DNA of 64,000 bases from Gammaproteobacteria bacterium. Its GTDB lineage: Bacteria > Pseudomonadota > Gammaproteobacteria > Eutrophobiales > Eutrophobiaceae. Shown here in pieces: positions 23,381 to 32,094 of this stretch. A program made the translations under genes and the position numbers. The first letter of the stretch is position 1; the number at the start of each line of letters is the position of its first letter. Below the pieces are notes generated by a model that was not told the DNA's origin, searched no databases, and saw only the letters and a program-made list of their open reading frames with translations. Location: contig JANQNX010000011.1 of NCBI GenBank assembly GCA_028279365.1, positions 16,118-80,117 on the forward strand, read 5' to 3'.

Positions 23381-24526
23381 ATGGACAAGAATAGAAAAGT
23401 CGTTATTTCTGGTGCGGGTATTGCGGGTCTGACCACTGCTATATGGCTAGCAAGGCATGGCTTTAAACCTGTTGTTATTGAAAAGTCACCACAAATCAGG
23501 GCTTATGGGTATATCGTGTCTCTTTCGCATAAGTCTTATCATTTCGCCCGAGAGCTAGGTATCTTGAAAAAACTATGTGACAGAGGGGCAGGTATTAAAG
23601 CTTCCTGTTATTACCATAAAAATGGTCGTCCTATGTTGTCATTGGATTACCAACGACTATTTCAAGGGCTAGATATCGTGCAGATCATGCGGGATGAACT
23701 TGAGATGATATTGTATGAAGAGGCAAAAAATTTGTGTGAGTTTAGGTTCAATAATAGCTTAATGGGAATCAGTCAAGATAACGATGAAATTGAGTTCTCA
23801 CTAAAAGATGGCACAAAAGATACCTGTGACGTATTGATAGGAGCGGATGGGCTTCACTCAATTACCCGAACTCTGGCTTTTCCTGAGTCTGCAGTAGAAA
23901 AAAACTACCTTGGCATATTTTCCAGTGCTTATCGCCTAAAAAATATTCTGGGTATCAAAGACAGGTTTGAAAATCACATGGAAAAAGATCGTTACATGTG
24001 CGTTTATACGACAGGAGAAGGAGACTTGGCATGTGTATTCATATGGAAATCGGAAAATAATTATGCACCTGCACAAGAGTCAAGGTTAGACGTACTTAAG
24101 CAGGCTTACCAAGGGTGTCCAAATACTGTTCAAGCGGTAATAGAACATTGCCCTGTTGAGGAGCCAATCTATATGGACCCTTTGATACAAATCAAAATGC
24201 AATCCTGGACTAAAGGAAATGTTGTCTTGTTGGGTGATGCCGCCCATTGTTTAACGTTGTTGTCAGGACAAGGTGCATCGACTGCGTTTTGGGGGGCCAG
24301 TATTCTAGCTAAATCATTAATCAATGATCCTGTTGATATCGCATTTAAAAATTATCACAGGGAAATAATGCCCGTAACAGCAAAGATACAGCCATCGACG
24401 ATGAATGCAGCTAAATGGTATATACCAGGCAGTAATTTTAATTATCTTGCTCGAGATCTTGCTATGACATATCTGCCCAATGCATTTTTCCAGGCTTATT
24501 TCAGGAAAAAGTACTCCAATGCCTGA
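23381..24526 (+). CDS. FAD-dependent monooxygenase (UbiH/salicylate hydroxylase class)
   Basis: Rossmann motif VISGAGIAGL, DG fingerprint GADGLHS, and LLGDAAH. Confidence 0.8.
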   Translation: MDKNRKVVISGAGIAGLTTAIWLARHGFKPVVIEKSPQIRAYGYIVSLSHKSYHFARELGILKKLCDRGAGIKASCYYHKNGRPMLSLDYQRLFQGLDIVQIMRDELEMILYEEAKNLCEFRFNNSLMGISQDNDEIEFSLKDGTKDTCDVLIGADGLHSITRTLAFPESAVEKNYLGIFSSAYRLKNILGIKDRFENHMEKDRYMCVYTTGEGDLACVFIWKSENNYAPAQESRLDVLKQAYQGCPNTVQAVIEHCPVEEPIYMDPLIQIKMQSWTKGNVVLLGDAAHCLTLLSGQGASTAFWGASILAKSLINDPVDIAFKNYHREIMPVTAKIQPSTMNAAKWYIPGSNFNYLARDLAMTYLPNAFFQAYFRKKYSNA

Positions 24527-24546
24527 TCTGGATAATATCTATTCCA

Positions 24547-25410
24547 ATGATTACATTTACTCTTGATCTGGAAGATCACCGAAAAAACAATAACGATAAA
24601 AAGCGCTATCCTAAAATAACGCATGAGATACTATCTTTACTGGAAAGCCTGGAGATTAAAGGAACATTTTTTGTCGTTGGCAAAATAGTTAAGGAAAGCC
24701 CGGAATTAATAAAAGCCATAGCAGATAATGGTCATGAGTTGGCTTTTCATTCTTATGCACATAAACAGTTGCAATATGAAACTTGCGAAGGATTTAAAGA
24801 AGAAACCAGCTATGGAAAGTCCCTACTTGAAGATGTCACAGGACAAGAAGTGATCGGTTTCAGAGCACCTGTTTTTTCATTGATTGAAACAACATTATGG
24901 GTGACAGATGTGCTAAAAGAATTGGGCTTTTTATATTCCTCAAGTGTGATGCCGGCTAAAAACCCTCTGAATGGCTTTTGTAATGCTCCCGATATTCCAT
25001 TTGTCTGGCCCAATGGCCTAATAGAAATTCCTGTTCCAGTTTCGAAATTGGGACCAATAACCATCCCTTACCTTGGCGGTGTCTATTTGCGATATTTGCC
25101 GAGGTTTTTAGTAAAACAAATGATTGAAAAGAGTGGTTCAAAGCATCTTTGGACTTACTGTCACCCGTATGATTTTGATCATACAGAGCCTTTCACAAGG
25201 ATTGAAGGAGCATCATTACTGACAAGCGTCATACTATGGTTTAACAGGAAACACATGCAACAAAAACTAGAGTATTTATTAACTTTAAAAAAAGGAAGTA
25301 ATGAACCACTTACTTTTTCAGAACAATTTTATCAAGGCTGGTTTGATCAAGTTCCTGAATTTAATTTTTCTAAGGATTTTCAAGAATTAAAAAATAAGAA
25401 GCACCAATAA
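24547..25410 (+). CDS. Polysaccharide deacetylase family protein (CE4 with DUF3473-like C-terminus)
   Basis: FTLDLED (DxED-type motif 1) and HSYAH (motif 2). About 285 aa. Confidence 0.72.
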   Translation: MITFTLDLEDHRKNNNDKKRYPKITHEILSLLESLEIKGTFFVVGKIVKESPELIKAIADNGHELAFHSYAHKQLQYETCEGFKEETSYGKSLLEDVTGQEVIGFRAPVFSLIETTLWVTDVLKELGFLYSSSVMPAKNPLNGFCNAPDIPFVWPNGLIEIPVPVSKLGPITIPYLGGVYLRYLPRFLVKQMIEKSGSKHLWTYCHPYDFDHTEPFTRIEGASLLTSVILWFNRKHMQQKLEYLLTLKKGSNEPLTFSEQFYQGWFDQVPEFNFSKDFQELKNKKHQ

Positions 25411-26089
25411 GTTTAGATAGTATGCTATCAGTTTTGGTAGATTCCCAGTTTGCTATGGGTAGAATAGCCTTGCCAGTGATAGTTTTGAAACCTATAGCAT
25501 TAGCAGTAAGTTTCACAAGTGAAATTGGGTGGTTAACTATCGGAAAAATTTCTTTTCTAAAAATTAAATCATAAGAATGGAAAAGTGCATGAGATATTTT
25601 ATGTATCAACGCATCTCCATTACGCCATACAAGGATTAATCGACCTTTTTTCTTCAGCACTCTGTAAGATTCTGCTAAAAGTTGTTGTATATCTTCATGT
25701 GATTGTTGATTTAAAAACTGACAACAAACCAGGCGGTCAATTGAATTATCGATTATTGGAAGGTTAAAAGCATCTGATCTAATTGTAGTTAGTGAATTCG
25801 CGAAAGCAAGTTTACAAGCCAGCACATTGTAATCTAAACCTATTAATAAAGATGCCTGATTTATTAGAGGTTTTAGCATCATTCCCGAGCCGCAGCCAAT
25901 ATCCATAATGATTTTAGAATCAATATCAGATAAGGCGGATAGCACAACTTCTTGTTCTTTAAGAAAATAGGTATGAAATCGATAACCATTGGCCCTGGCA
26001 TCAGAATATTTTTTCTGAGTGTTATGGTATAGCTGATTGACTGATCTGCTTGCGCGATTTTTCATAAATAGATGAAACTGTATATACAA
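25370..26089 (-). CDS. Class I SAM-dependent methyltransferase
   Basis: Motif I is IMDIGCGSGMM. The 3-prime end overlaps the convergent deacetylase gene by 41 nt. Confidence 0.7.
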   Translation of the reverse strand: MYIQFHLFMKNRASRSVNQLYHNTQKKYSDARANGYRFHTYFLKEQEVVLSALSDIDSKIIMDIGCGSGMMLKPLINQASLLIGLDYNVLACKLAFANSLTTIRSDAFNLPIIDNSIDRLVCCQFLNQQSHEDIQQLLAESYRVLKKKGRLILVWRNGDALIHKISHALFHSYDLIFRKEIFPIVNHPISLVKLTANAIGFKTITGKAILPIANWESTKTDSILSKLIGASYFLILENP

Positions 26090-27029
26090 GAAACAAAAAT
26101 AGAAAAGGGATAAATATTAAAACCAATCGTGTTAATATACTTGCACTAGCTGCAAAAGCCGAAGGTAATCCGAAGAATAAAAAAATTCCCATTAACCCTG
26201 CTTCACCTATTCCTATTCCACCGATGGTTTGTAAAGGTATTAAAGCTAATGCATTATAGGCTATTGCTGAAAGAATAAGTTGAATACTCGTAAGTTGAGT
26301 ATCGAATGAGAAGAAAAGTAAACTTAATCCGCCAATGTTACAGAGCCATTTGAGAAAAGAAATACCTACTCCACGGAAGAAAATATCGCTATTTATATGA
26401 AATCTGTAATACAAACGAGCCTGTAATAATACTCTAAATAATTTTCTTACTATGCTTTTAGGGCGTCGTCTATGCCTGTAAAAAGTCGAAGCGATAAAGC
26501 CCAATATTAAATCAATTCTATATAGACCAATAAAGGTAAAAAAAAGTATAAGCACAATACTAAGAATTAGTAATTCCAAAGAAAAAAGATGATTTAAACA
26601 CAAGAAAATCAACGTCATACTTGCTAAAAATAATAAATCGATATAGCGCTGTATTATTGTATTCATGATAGCTGCACCAGCGCTTTGTTTTAAATAGTCC
26701 TGTAATAAAAAAACGACAGCAATTTCACCAAGTCTTGCGGGTAAGATGACTAGTGAAACGATGAACCAGGAACTTAATTTTGAACATCTACCTATTGAGT
26801 GGTTGCCTGGCGTGAAAGTTTTGAAACGAAGTCCTGTAAAGAAGCCTTCTAAAGCTAATACTATTATAGATAAAAAGAGCCATTTAAAAGATGTTAAATC
26901 AATTAAATTAGCTAGTTCATGAATATTAGTTTGATTGAAAATAAACAACAGCAAACCAATGCTAATAACAAAGCTTATTACCCATATGTATAGATTGCTT
27001 TTTTTTATGGTTTCAGAGAGAAACTTCAC
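26022..27029 (-). CDS. Polytopic membrane protein, LPG-synthase-TM / UPF0104 (flippase-like) family
   Basis: 335 aa with about 8 TM helices and an Arg-rich central loop (YRHRRRPKSIVRKLFR). Resembles standalone MprF-TM-region proteins that accompany GT2 genes. Called from recollection. Confidence 0.55.
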   Translation of the reverse strand: MKFLSETIKKSNLYIWVISFVISIGLLLFIFNQTNIHELANLIDLTSFKWLFLSIIVLALEGFFTGLRFKTFTPGNHSIGRCSKLSSWFIVSLVILPARLGEIAVVFLLQDYLKQSAGAAIMNTIIQRYIDLLFLASMTLIFLCLNHLFSLELLILSIVLILFFTFIGLYRIDLILGFIASTFYRHRRRPKSIVRKLFRVLLQARLYYRFHINSDIFFRGVGISFLKWLCNIGGLSLLFFSFDTQLTSIQLILSAIAYNALALIPLQTIGGIGIGEAGLMGIFLFFGLPSAFAASASILTRLVLIFIPFLFLFLVYTVSSIYEKSRKQISQSAIP

Positions 27030-28387
27030 GAGCTTGGTTTTTTTATGAGTCCGAGTTTTATTTTTGAAAAACTAATGATAGAGCACAGTATATATGCGAT
27101 AGAGATAGAATAAATAGGAGTGAGGGTCAGATTATATCTAGCAATGTTTAAAGAAAAGAATGCATGAAAAAAAACCATATACCATGCTGGCAGTGATATA
27201 AGTAATAAATGATTTCTTTGTTTTTTATCTAGTTTCACAAGCAAAATTATAAAACATATAAAACCTAACACGCCCCAATATTTGGCAATAAACATCCCTC
27301 TCCATGCCAATACTAATGTAACGGCGTTATGTTTAGTAATATCTCCGATAATTTCGTTTTTAATCAAATAACGTATTCTTTCATCTGTGCTCCTTATATT
27401 TAAATGAGTTGGTATAACATCTCTTGATTTTGAGTAATAAGAGTTTTCATCGAAGGAAAGTTTTTCATACAATTTTTTTGAAAAAATTTTCTTGGCAATG
27501 TTGTCTCCTGAATCAGGAAACCAATAAATGAAGCCTACAGCCCATTCTTTCCATGACATGTCATTATAAGAAACACGAGTGGCAAGGACCCTGTCGCCAT
27601 ACCCACTTGATAAAGCCATATCATCAAAGTGCAGGTAATTCCTTATCATCCATGGGCCTATGAAGGTCAAGTAGACCAGTATTACAATAATGAAGTTTTT
27701 AGCCTTAGTGTAATTTGGCTTGATCAACAAAAAAGAAAAGAAAATAGCAGCAATAATTGGATATAAATAATTATAACTGGGTTTGGTTAATATCAACAGA
27801 CTTAGGAATGATATAGCTAAAATTAGCCATCGAGTTTTTTTCTCAAAAATAAATTTTACTAACATTAAGCTAAATAAACTGAATAAACACATAATTAACG
27901 ATTCTGTCAGAACTAAATTAGCAAAATGCATGATTCTGCCCATGAATAAAGCAATAAAGAAAGAGACCCATGCAATTCCTCGAGATTTAAATAACTCAAA
28001 AGCAATTAGCCATATACTCCAAAAAGTCAAGATAGCTAATAAAACTTGAAACCATACTAAACGTGTTAAATCTATTGAACATAAAGTAGTATTTTTTTTA
28101 TTTTTTAGTAGGCATAAGAAATCTTTGGCAAGGTTTCTATCTAATTTTAATATAAGGGATAAATAAGCTGGATACAGAGGTGTAACCACATTGCTGGGAG
28201 TATAGTCGGTACGTGAGTTACCAAAAGTCTGATATTGATCAAGGCCTAAACTATAATCAATATACCAGTATGCATCAGATTCAGGAGTTGTAATAGCAGG
28301 TTCATAAATGAACTTTTGAAGAAAAATAACAATAATCGTTGAGACAAGTACAAACAAAAGAAAGGACTTGTTCAATTCTTTTTTCAT
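27026..28387 (-). CDS. GT-C fold glycosyltransferase (ArnT/PMT, GT39/GT83-like)
   Basis: 453 aa with more than 10 TM helices. An acidic first-loop motif (PESDAYWYIDY) follows TM1, as in ArnT/PMT enzymes. Confidence 0.65.
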   Translation of the reverse strand: MKKELNKSFLLFVLVSTIIVIFLQKFIYEPAITTPESDAYWYIDYSLGLDQYQTFGNSRTDYTPSNVVTPLYPAYLSLILKLDRNLAKDFLCLLKNKKNTTLCSIDLTRLVWFQVLLAILTFWSIWLIAFELFKSRGIAWVSFFIALFMGRIMHFANLVLTESLIMCLFSLFSLMLVKFIFEKKTRWLILAISFLSLLILTKPSYNYLYPIIAAIFFSFLLIKPNYTKAKNFIIVILVYLTFIGPWMIRNYLHFDDMALSSGYGDRVLATRVSYNDMSWKEWAVGFIYWFPDSGDNIAKKIFSKKLYEKLSFDENSYYSKSRDVIPTHLNIRSTDERIRYLIKNEIIGDITKHNAVTLVLAWRGMFIAKYWGVLGFICFIILLVKLDKKQRNHLLLISLPAWYMVFFHAFFSLNIARYNLTLTPIYSISIAYILCSIISFSKIKLGLIKKPSS

Positions 28388-28401
28388 GAATAAATTATTT
28401 T

Positions 28402-28809
28402 TTATGCTTCATTAATATTAAAAGAATTGATGATTTGCCAATTCTGGCTGATACTTTTTTTGAAAGTGGAAAAATTTTTTTCCCAACCAACACATTGTTT
28501 ATAACACAAAAATTCAACGCTACACTCTTGCCAATCTGAGTAGCAATTAACAAAAATCTCAAGATTGGTTTTGCCTTTAAGGTGTACAACTAGCTTGTAC
28601 TCAGGGCTTTCGGTGGTTCCATATTTATAGCTTGAGTCCGTAAAAATCATTCTCTCCTCTAATGCGAGTTCTTCCAAATAAAGTTTAAGATCTGAGAAGC
28701 CAGGATAAGAGATATTGAAGTTAATAGCTGCTTTTAAAAATTTATTTTGCGGATTACACGCACTCATAATGAACAGCAAAAATATCAAGCTTACCCTTTT
28801 GATATACAT
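28402..28809 (-). CDS. Small lipoprotein, unknown function
   Basis: Signal peptide with lipobox FIMSAC. Four further Cys residues. No recognisable family. Confidence 0.5.
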   Translation of the reverse strand: MYIKRVSLIFLLFIMSACNPQNKFLKAAINFNISYPGFSDLKLYLEELALEERMIFTDSSYKYGTTESPEYKLVVHLKGKTNLEIFVNCYSDWQECSVEFLCYKQCVGWEKNFSTFKKSISQNWQIINSFNINEA

Positions 28810-28827
28810 TGTTTTTACGAATTAATT

Positions 28828-29799
28828 TTAGATATCATCTAACAATACTTGTAATGGGGTGCTTGGTTTATTATCAATATCAAAGCTTAATGCAGATAAT
28901 GATAATTGCAGGCCTATGATGGTGGGTAACGCTGCATTCATTACCTGTCCAGCCGTCGCATGTAAGCCTGTTGTCACACTCAGCGTCCATTTTTCTATTC
29001 CGAAATTAACACCGTAAATAAGTAATATTGGGCCGATTATTAACTCTATTGAAGCGAGATGAAAATCACGTAAAAAATAATTATAAAAAATTCGTTTAAC
29101 AAAGTTTATAAAGTGTTTTATTGAAAACTCGATTAAACATCTAAAAACAGAAAGGCTGCTTTCTTCATTTTCATACCTTGATTCCATCGGTATATCGATG
29201 ACTAATGCTCGTAACGTATTTAATCGGAAAAGCATATCAGATTCAAAAAAGTAGCCTTTGCTGATTTTTTCTAACGGCACCATTTTTAAAACGTTGGCAT
29301 GTATCGCTGTATAACCATTATTTGGGTCAAATATTCGCCAATATCCTGTAGAAAACTTACTCATGAATGAAAGCACTGCATTTCCTAATAGGCGGATTTT
29401 TGGCATAGCAGATAAGTTTTCTAAACTAAAGAAGCGATTACCTTTTGTATAGTCTGCTTTTTTATTGAAAATTGGATCAACAAAGCGTGAGATAATAGCC
29501 GGATTCATTTGGCCGTCAGCATCTATTTTTACAATGCATGTGTTTTTATCAGCTAACGCAGCTTTATAGCCTGTTAACATTGCGCCACCAACTCCGGTGT
29601 TGTTTTCATGCCTGATAACTTTTACGCGACTATCAGAGATATTTTCTTGTATATGTTCCCCCGTTTTTTCTGGACAAGCATCATCAATGCAGTAAATGCT
29701 GGATACCATAGGAGGGATAGCTTTTATGACTTCTAGCACATGTTTTTTTGCTTTATAACAAGGTATCACTACAGCAATAGAAAAATCTGAATATTCCAT
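28828..29799 (-). CDS. GT2 glycosyltransferase with C-terminal TM helices (polyprenyl-phosphate sugar synthase type, ArnC/GtrB/DPM1-like)
   Basis: VVIPCYKAKK N-terminus, DAD (DxD) motif, and two hydrophobic helices at the C-terminus. Confidence 0.82.
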   Translation of the reverse strand: MEYSDFSIAVVIPCYKAKKHVLEVIKAIPPMVSSIYCIDDACPEKTGEHIQENISDSRVKVIRHENNTGVGGAMLTGYKAALADKNTCIVKIDADGQMNPAIISRFVDPIFNKKADYTKGNRFFSLENLSAMPKIRLLGNAVLSFMSKFSTGYWRIFDPNNGYTAIHANVLKMVPLEKISKGYFFESDMLFRLNTLRALVIDIPMESRYENEESSLSVFRCLIEFSIKHFINFVKRIFYNYFLRDFHLASIELIIGPILLIYGVNFGIEKWTLSVTTGLHATAGQVMNAALPTIIGLQLSLSALSFDIDNKPSTPLQVLLDDI

Positions 29800-29822
29800 G
29801 ATTTACCCCGGTTTTCTTATGG

Positions 29823-30647
29823 TCATTCCGTTAAAAAAAGCAGAGGATCAACGGTGGTATTGTTGAGAATAACGCTCCAATGCAGGTGCGCACCAGTGAC
29901 TCGACCCGTTAAGCCCACTTTCCCAATTAAATCGCCAGTTTTAACTTCTGTGCCTTCGGCAATATCGATTTTATCCATATGGCAATACATTGTGATTAAA
30001 CCCTGACCATGATCAATAAACACGGTATTGCCATTAAAAAAGTAGTCGCCAGTATTGATGACGACTCCATCAGCTGGCGCGACAATCGGCGTCCCTTTCG
30101 GGGCAGCAATATCCAGTCCGCTATGTGGTCGCCTTGGTTGGTTATTAAAAAAACGTTTTAAGCCAAACGGGCTACTGTAGGGTCCTTCTGTCGGTTTAAT
30201 GAAATCAAATGTTATAGCATCAGTATTTCGCCAGTGCGATTTAGCAGCGGCGATACGTTTTTTTTCTTTGACGATGCGTTGCATGTCTTGCTCGTTTGGG
30301 TTGACCTTACGTTTGTTTTTTATTGTTAAATACTGAGCTTCATATTCTTTCTTATCGACTTCAAACGCATAGCGGGTATTTACCCCTTCGGCGTTGACGA
30401 CGAGTTCATGCGTGCCTGGCTTGGCGGACAATGGAATACCGACTATCGCCTGCCATTCACCTGGTTCGCCGAGTATCATTACGTTCTTTTCATAAAAACT
30501 TGCTGATGGTTTTGAGTCAGAATTAATAGCGATAATCGCAATACCGCCCGGAACTGTAGATTCTTTAGGTAAAGACAGTGTCGTGGCATTGCAGGCAAAG
30601 CAAGCGATAAATAGTCCTAACGAAAGTAAGTAATGATTATTTTTCAT
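29823..30647 (-). CDS. M23 family metallopeptidase (lipoprotein or secreted)
   Basis: HSGLD (HxxxD) and HLHW (HxH) zinc motifs, with a signal peptide ending ...FIACFAC. I prefer the ATG at 30647 (MKNNHYLL...) over the track start at 30671. Confidence 0.85.
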   Translation of the reverse strand: MKNNHYLLSLGLFIACFACNATTLSLPKESTVPGGIAIIAINSDSKPSASFYEKNVMILGEPGEWQAIVGIPLSAKPGTHELVVNAEGVNTRYAFEVDKKEYEAQYLTIKNKRKVNPNEQDMQRIVKEKKRIAAAKSHWRNTDAITFDFIKPTEGPYSSPFGLKRFFNNQPRRPHSGLDIAAPKGTPIVAPADGVVINTGDYFFNGNTVFIDHGQGLITMYCHMDKIDIAEGTEVKTGDLIGKVGLTGRVTGAHLHWSVILNNTTVDPLLFLTE

Positions 30648-31986
30648 GTATGTTAGTGACTGATGTATCAATGTTGCCTTTTGCGAGTCGTATATTCAGT
30701 ATGTCTCCCTGATTTAACCCTGAGGATTGCCTGACGATATTGCCATTTTGTTTTTCGATCACGATTGCATAGCCGCGTTCCAGCGTCGCAATGGGGCTGA
30801 TTATATTGATTTGTTGCTGCAATGACATTAAACGTTGAGCGACTGAATTGAGTTGATACTTCATAATATGCGTAAGTTGCGATTCAACATTATTTAATCG
30901 TTGCTTATGCTGTGTAATTCGTTGAATCGGATTGTGTTGGTTTAACCGGAATAGTAATTCTGAGAGTGAATGTTTGTTTTGCGTTAACTGACGTTCTATC
31001 AGCGATATAAACTTAAATGTGTATTCGTCGGTTTTTTGCTTTAAGGATTGCAATCGTTGTTGCGGGTGAGGAAGCTGTTTTGCAAGATGATCAGTATGTC
31101 GCTGTAGTTGCGTGATCTGATTCGTTTGTATTCGAACCAGTTGCTCCTTATATCGACTAATAAGTTCCAGTAGTTTGTCAGCGTCAGGGCTGACCAGCTC
31201 AGCAGCGGCTGATGGCGTTGCCGCGCGTTGATCGGCAACAAAATCAGCTATGGAAAAATCAATCTCATGTCCAACTCCTGATACAGTTGGAATGGCAGAA
31301 TCAAACACTGCTCTTGCTACAACTTCTTCATTAAACGCCCATAAGTCTTCCAGCGAACCCCCTCCTCGGGCAAGTATCAATACCTCACACTCATTGCGTT
31401 GATTCACCGTTTTAACAGCTGCGGCAATTTTATTGCCGGCACCTTCACCTTGAACTGGAACAGGGTAGATAATCAGTTTGCCTGAAGGGTAGCGTCGGCT
31501 TAATACACTGATAATGTCTCTTATCGCGGCACCGCTAGGTGAAGTGATTACACCAATTGTTTTCGGAAAAGTCGGGACTGTTTGTTTGTTTACTTCATCG
31601 AACAAACCTTCTGCTGACAGCTTTTTCTTTAATGCCTCAAACGCCAGTTGTAACGCGCCTTCACCAGCAGGCTCCATGGATTCAATAATTAATTGAAATT
31701 CGCCACGACCTTCATACAAGCCAACATTTGCTCTGGCCAGGACTTCCATGCCGTTTTCAGGTTTAAAACGCATGCCAAATTGACGGTTTTTAAACATCGC
31801 ACATCTGACCTGGGCATTGCTGTCTTTAAGGGAAAAGTAGATATGTCCAGATGCCGGGCGCGCAAGGTTAGAAATTTCGCCCTGAACCCAGATAGTAGGG
31901 AATACATCCTCTAATACAGCACGAACCTCGCGGTTTAAGCGCGAAATGGTGTAAATGTCATTGATAGTCGGTTTTTCAACGGCCAT
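30637..31986 (-). CDS. xseA: Exodeoxyribonuclease VII large subunit
   Basis: MAVEKPTINDIYTISRLNREV...GEISNLARPASGHIYFSLKD aligns with the E. coli XseA N-terminus. The 28-codon extension in the track (to 32070) is hydrophobic and has no counterpart in XseA. Divergent from guaB as in E. coli. Confidence 0.9.
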   Translation of the reverse strand: MAVEKPTINDIYTISRLNREVRAVLEDVFPTIWVQGEISNLARPASGHIYFSLKDSNAQVRCAMFKNRQFGMRFKPENGMEVLARANVGLYEGRGEFQLIIESMEPAGEGALQLAFEALKKKLSAEGLFDEVNKQTVPTFPKTIGVITSPSGAAIRDIISVLSRRYPSGKLIIYPVPVQGEGAGNKIAAAVKTVNQRNECEVLILARGGGSLEDLWAFNEEVVARAVFDSAIPTVSGVGHEIDFSIADFVADQRAATPSAAAELVSPDADKLLELISRYKEQLVRIQTNQITQLQRHTDHLAKQLPHPQQRLQSLKQKTDEYTFKFISLIERQLTQNKHSLSELLFRLNQHNPIQRITQHKQRLNNVESQLTHIMKYQLNSVAQRLMSLQQQINIISPIATLERGYAIVIEKQNGNIVRQSSGLNQGDILNIRLAKGNIDTSVTNIHEK

Positions 31987-32094
31987 TGAGTTATGGTAAG
32001 CCAAAACATAATCTAAACAAAGCAAGACACAGCTTGCTGTCATCGTCGTTCTGACTATAATTAGCGCCACTTTCGCTCAGCGCATGGATTCGTC

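Larger units (their letters stand above)
20765..29799. other. AT-rich accessory island encoding an envelope glycan / lipid-carrier sugar modification pathway
   Basis: Ten ORFs in two convergent operons between lipA and the M23/xseA genes. Spot G+C counts of single 60-nt lines are 14/60 and 20/60 inside the island, against 37/60 in mreB and alaS lines. Confidence 0.6.

Noticed and set aside
31987-32070. N-terminal extensions in the ORF track: xseA to 32070, mxaF from 54458, mxaL from 62757, M23 from 30671, pncC from 35787.
   Set aside because: The extensions lack homology to the family N-termini or lack an RBS. Internal ATGs have good SD sequences or ATGA/TAATG coupling overlaps and give canonical N-termini.
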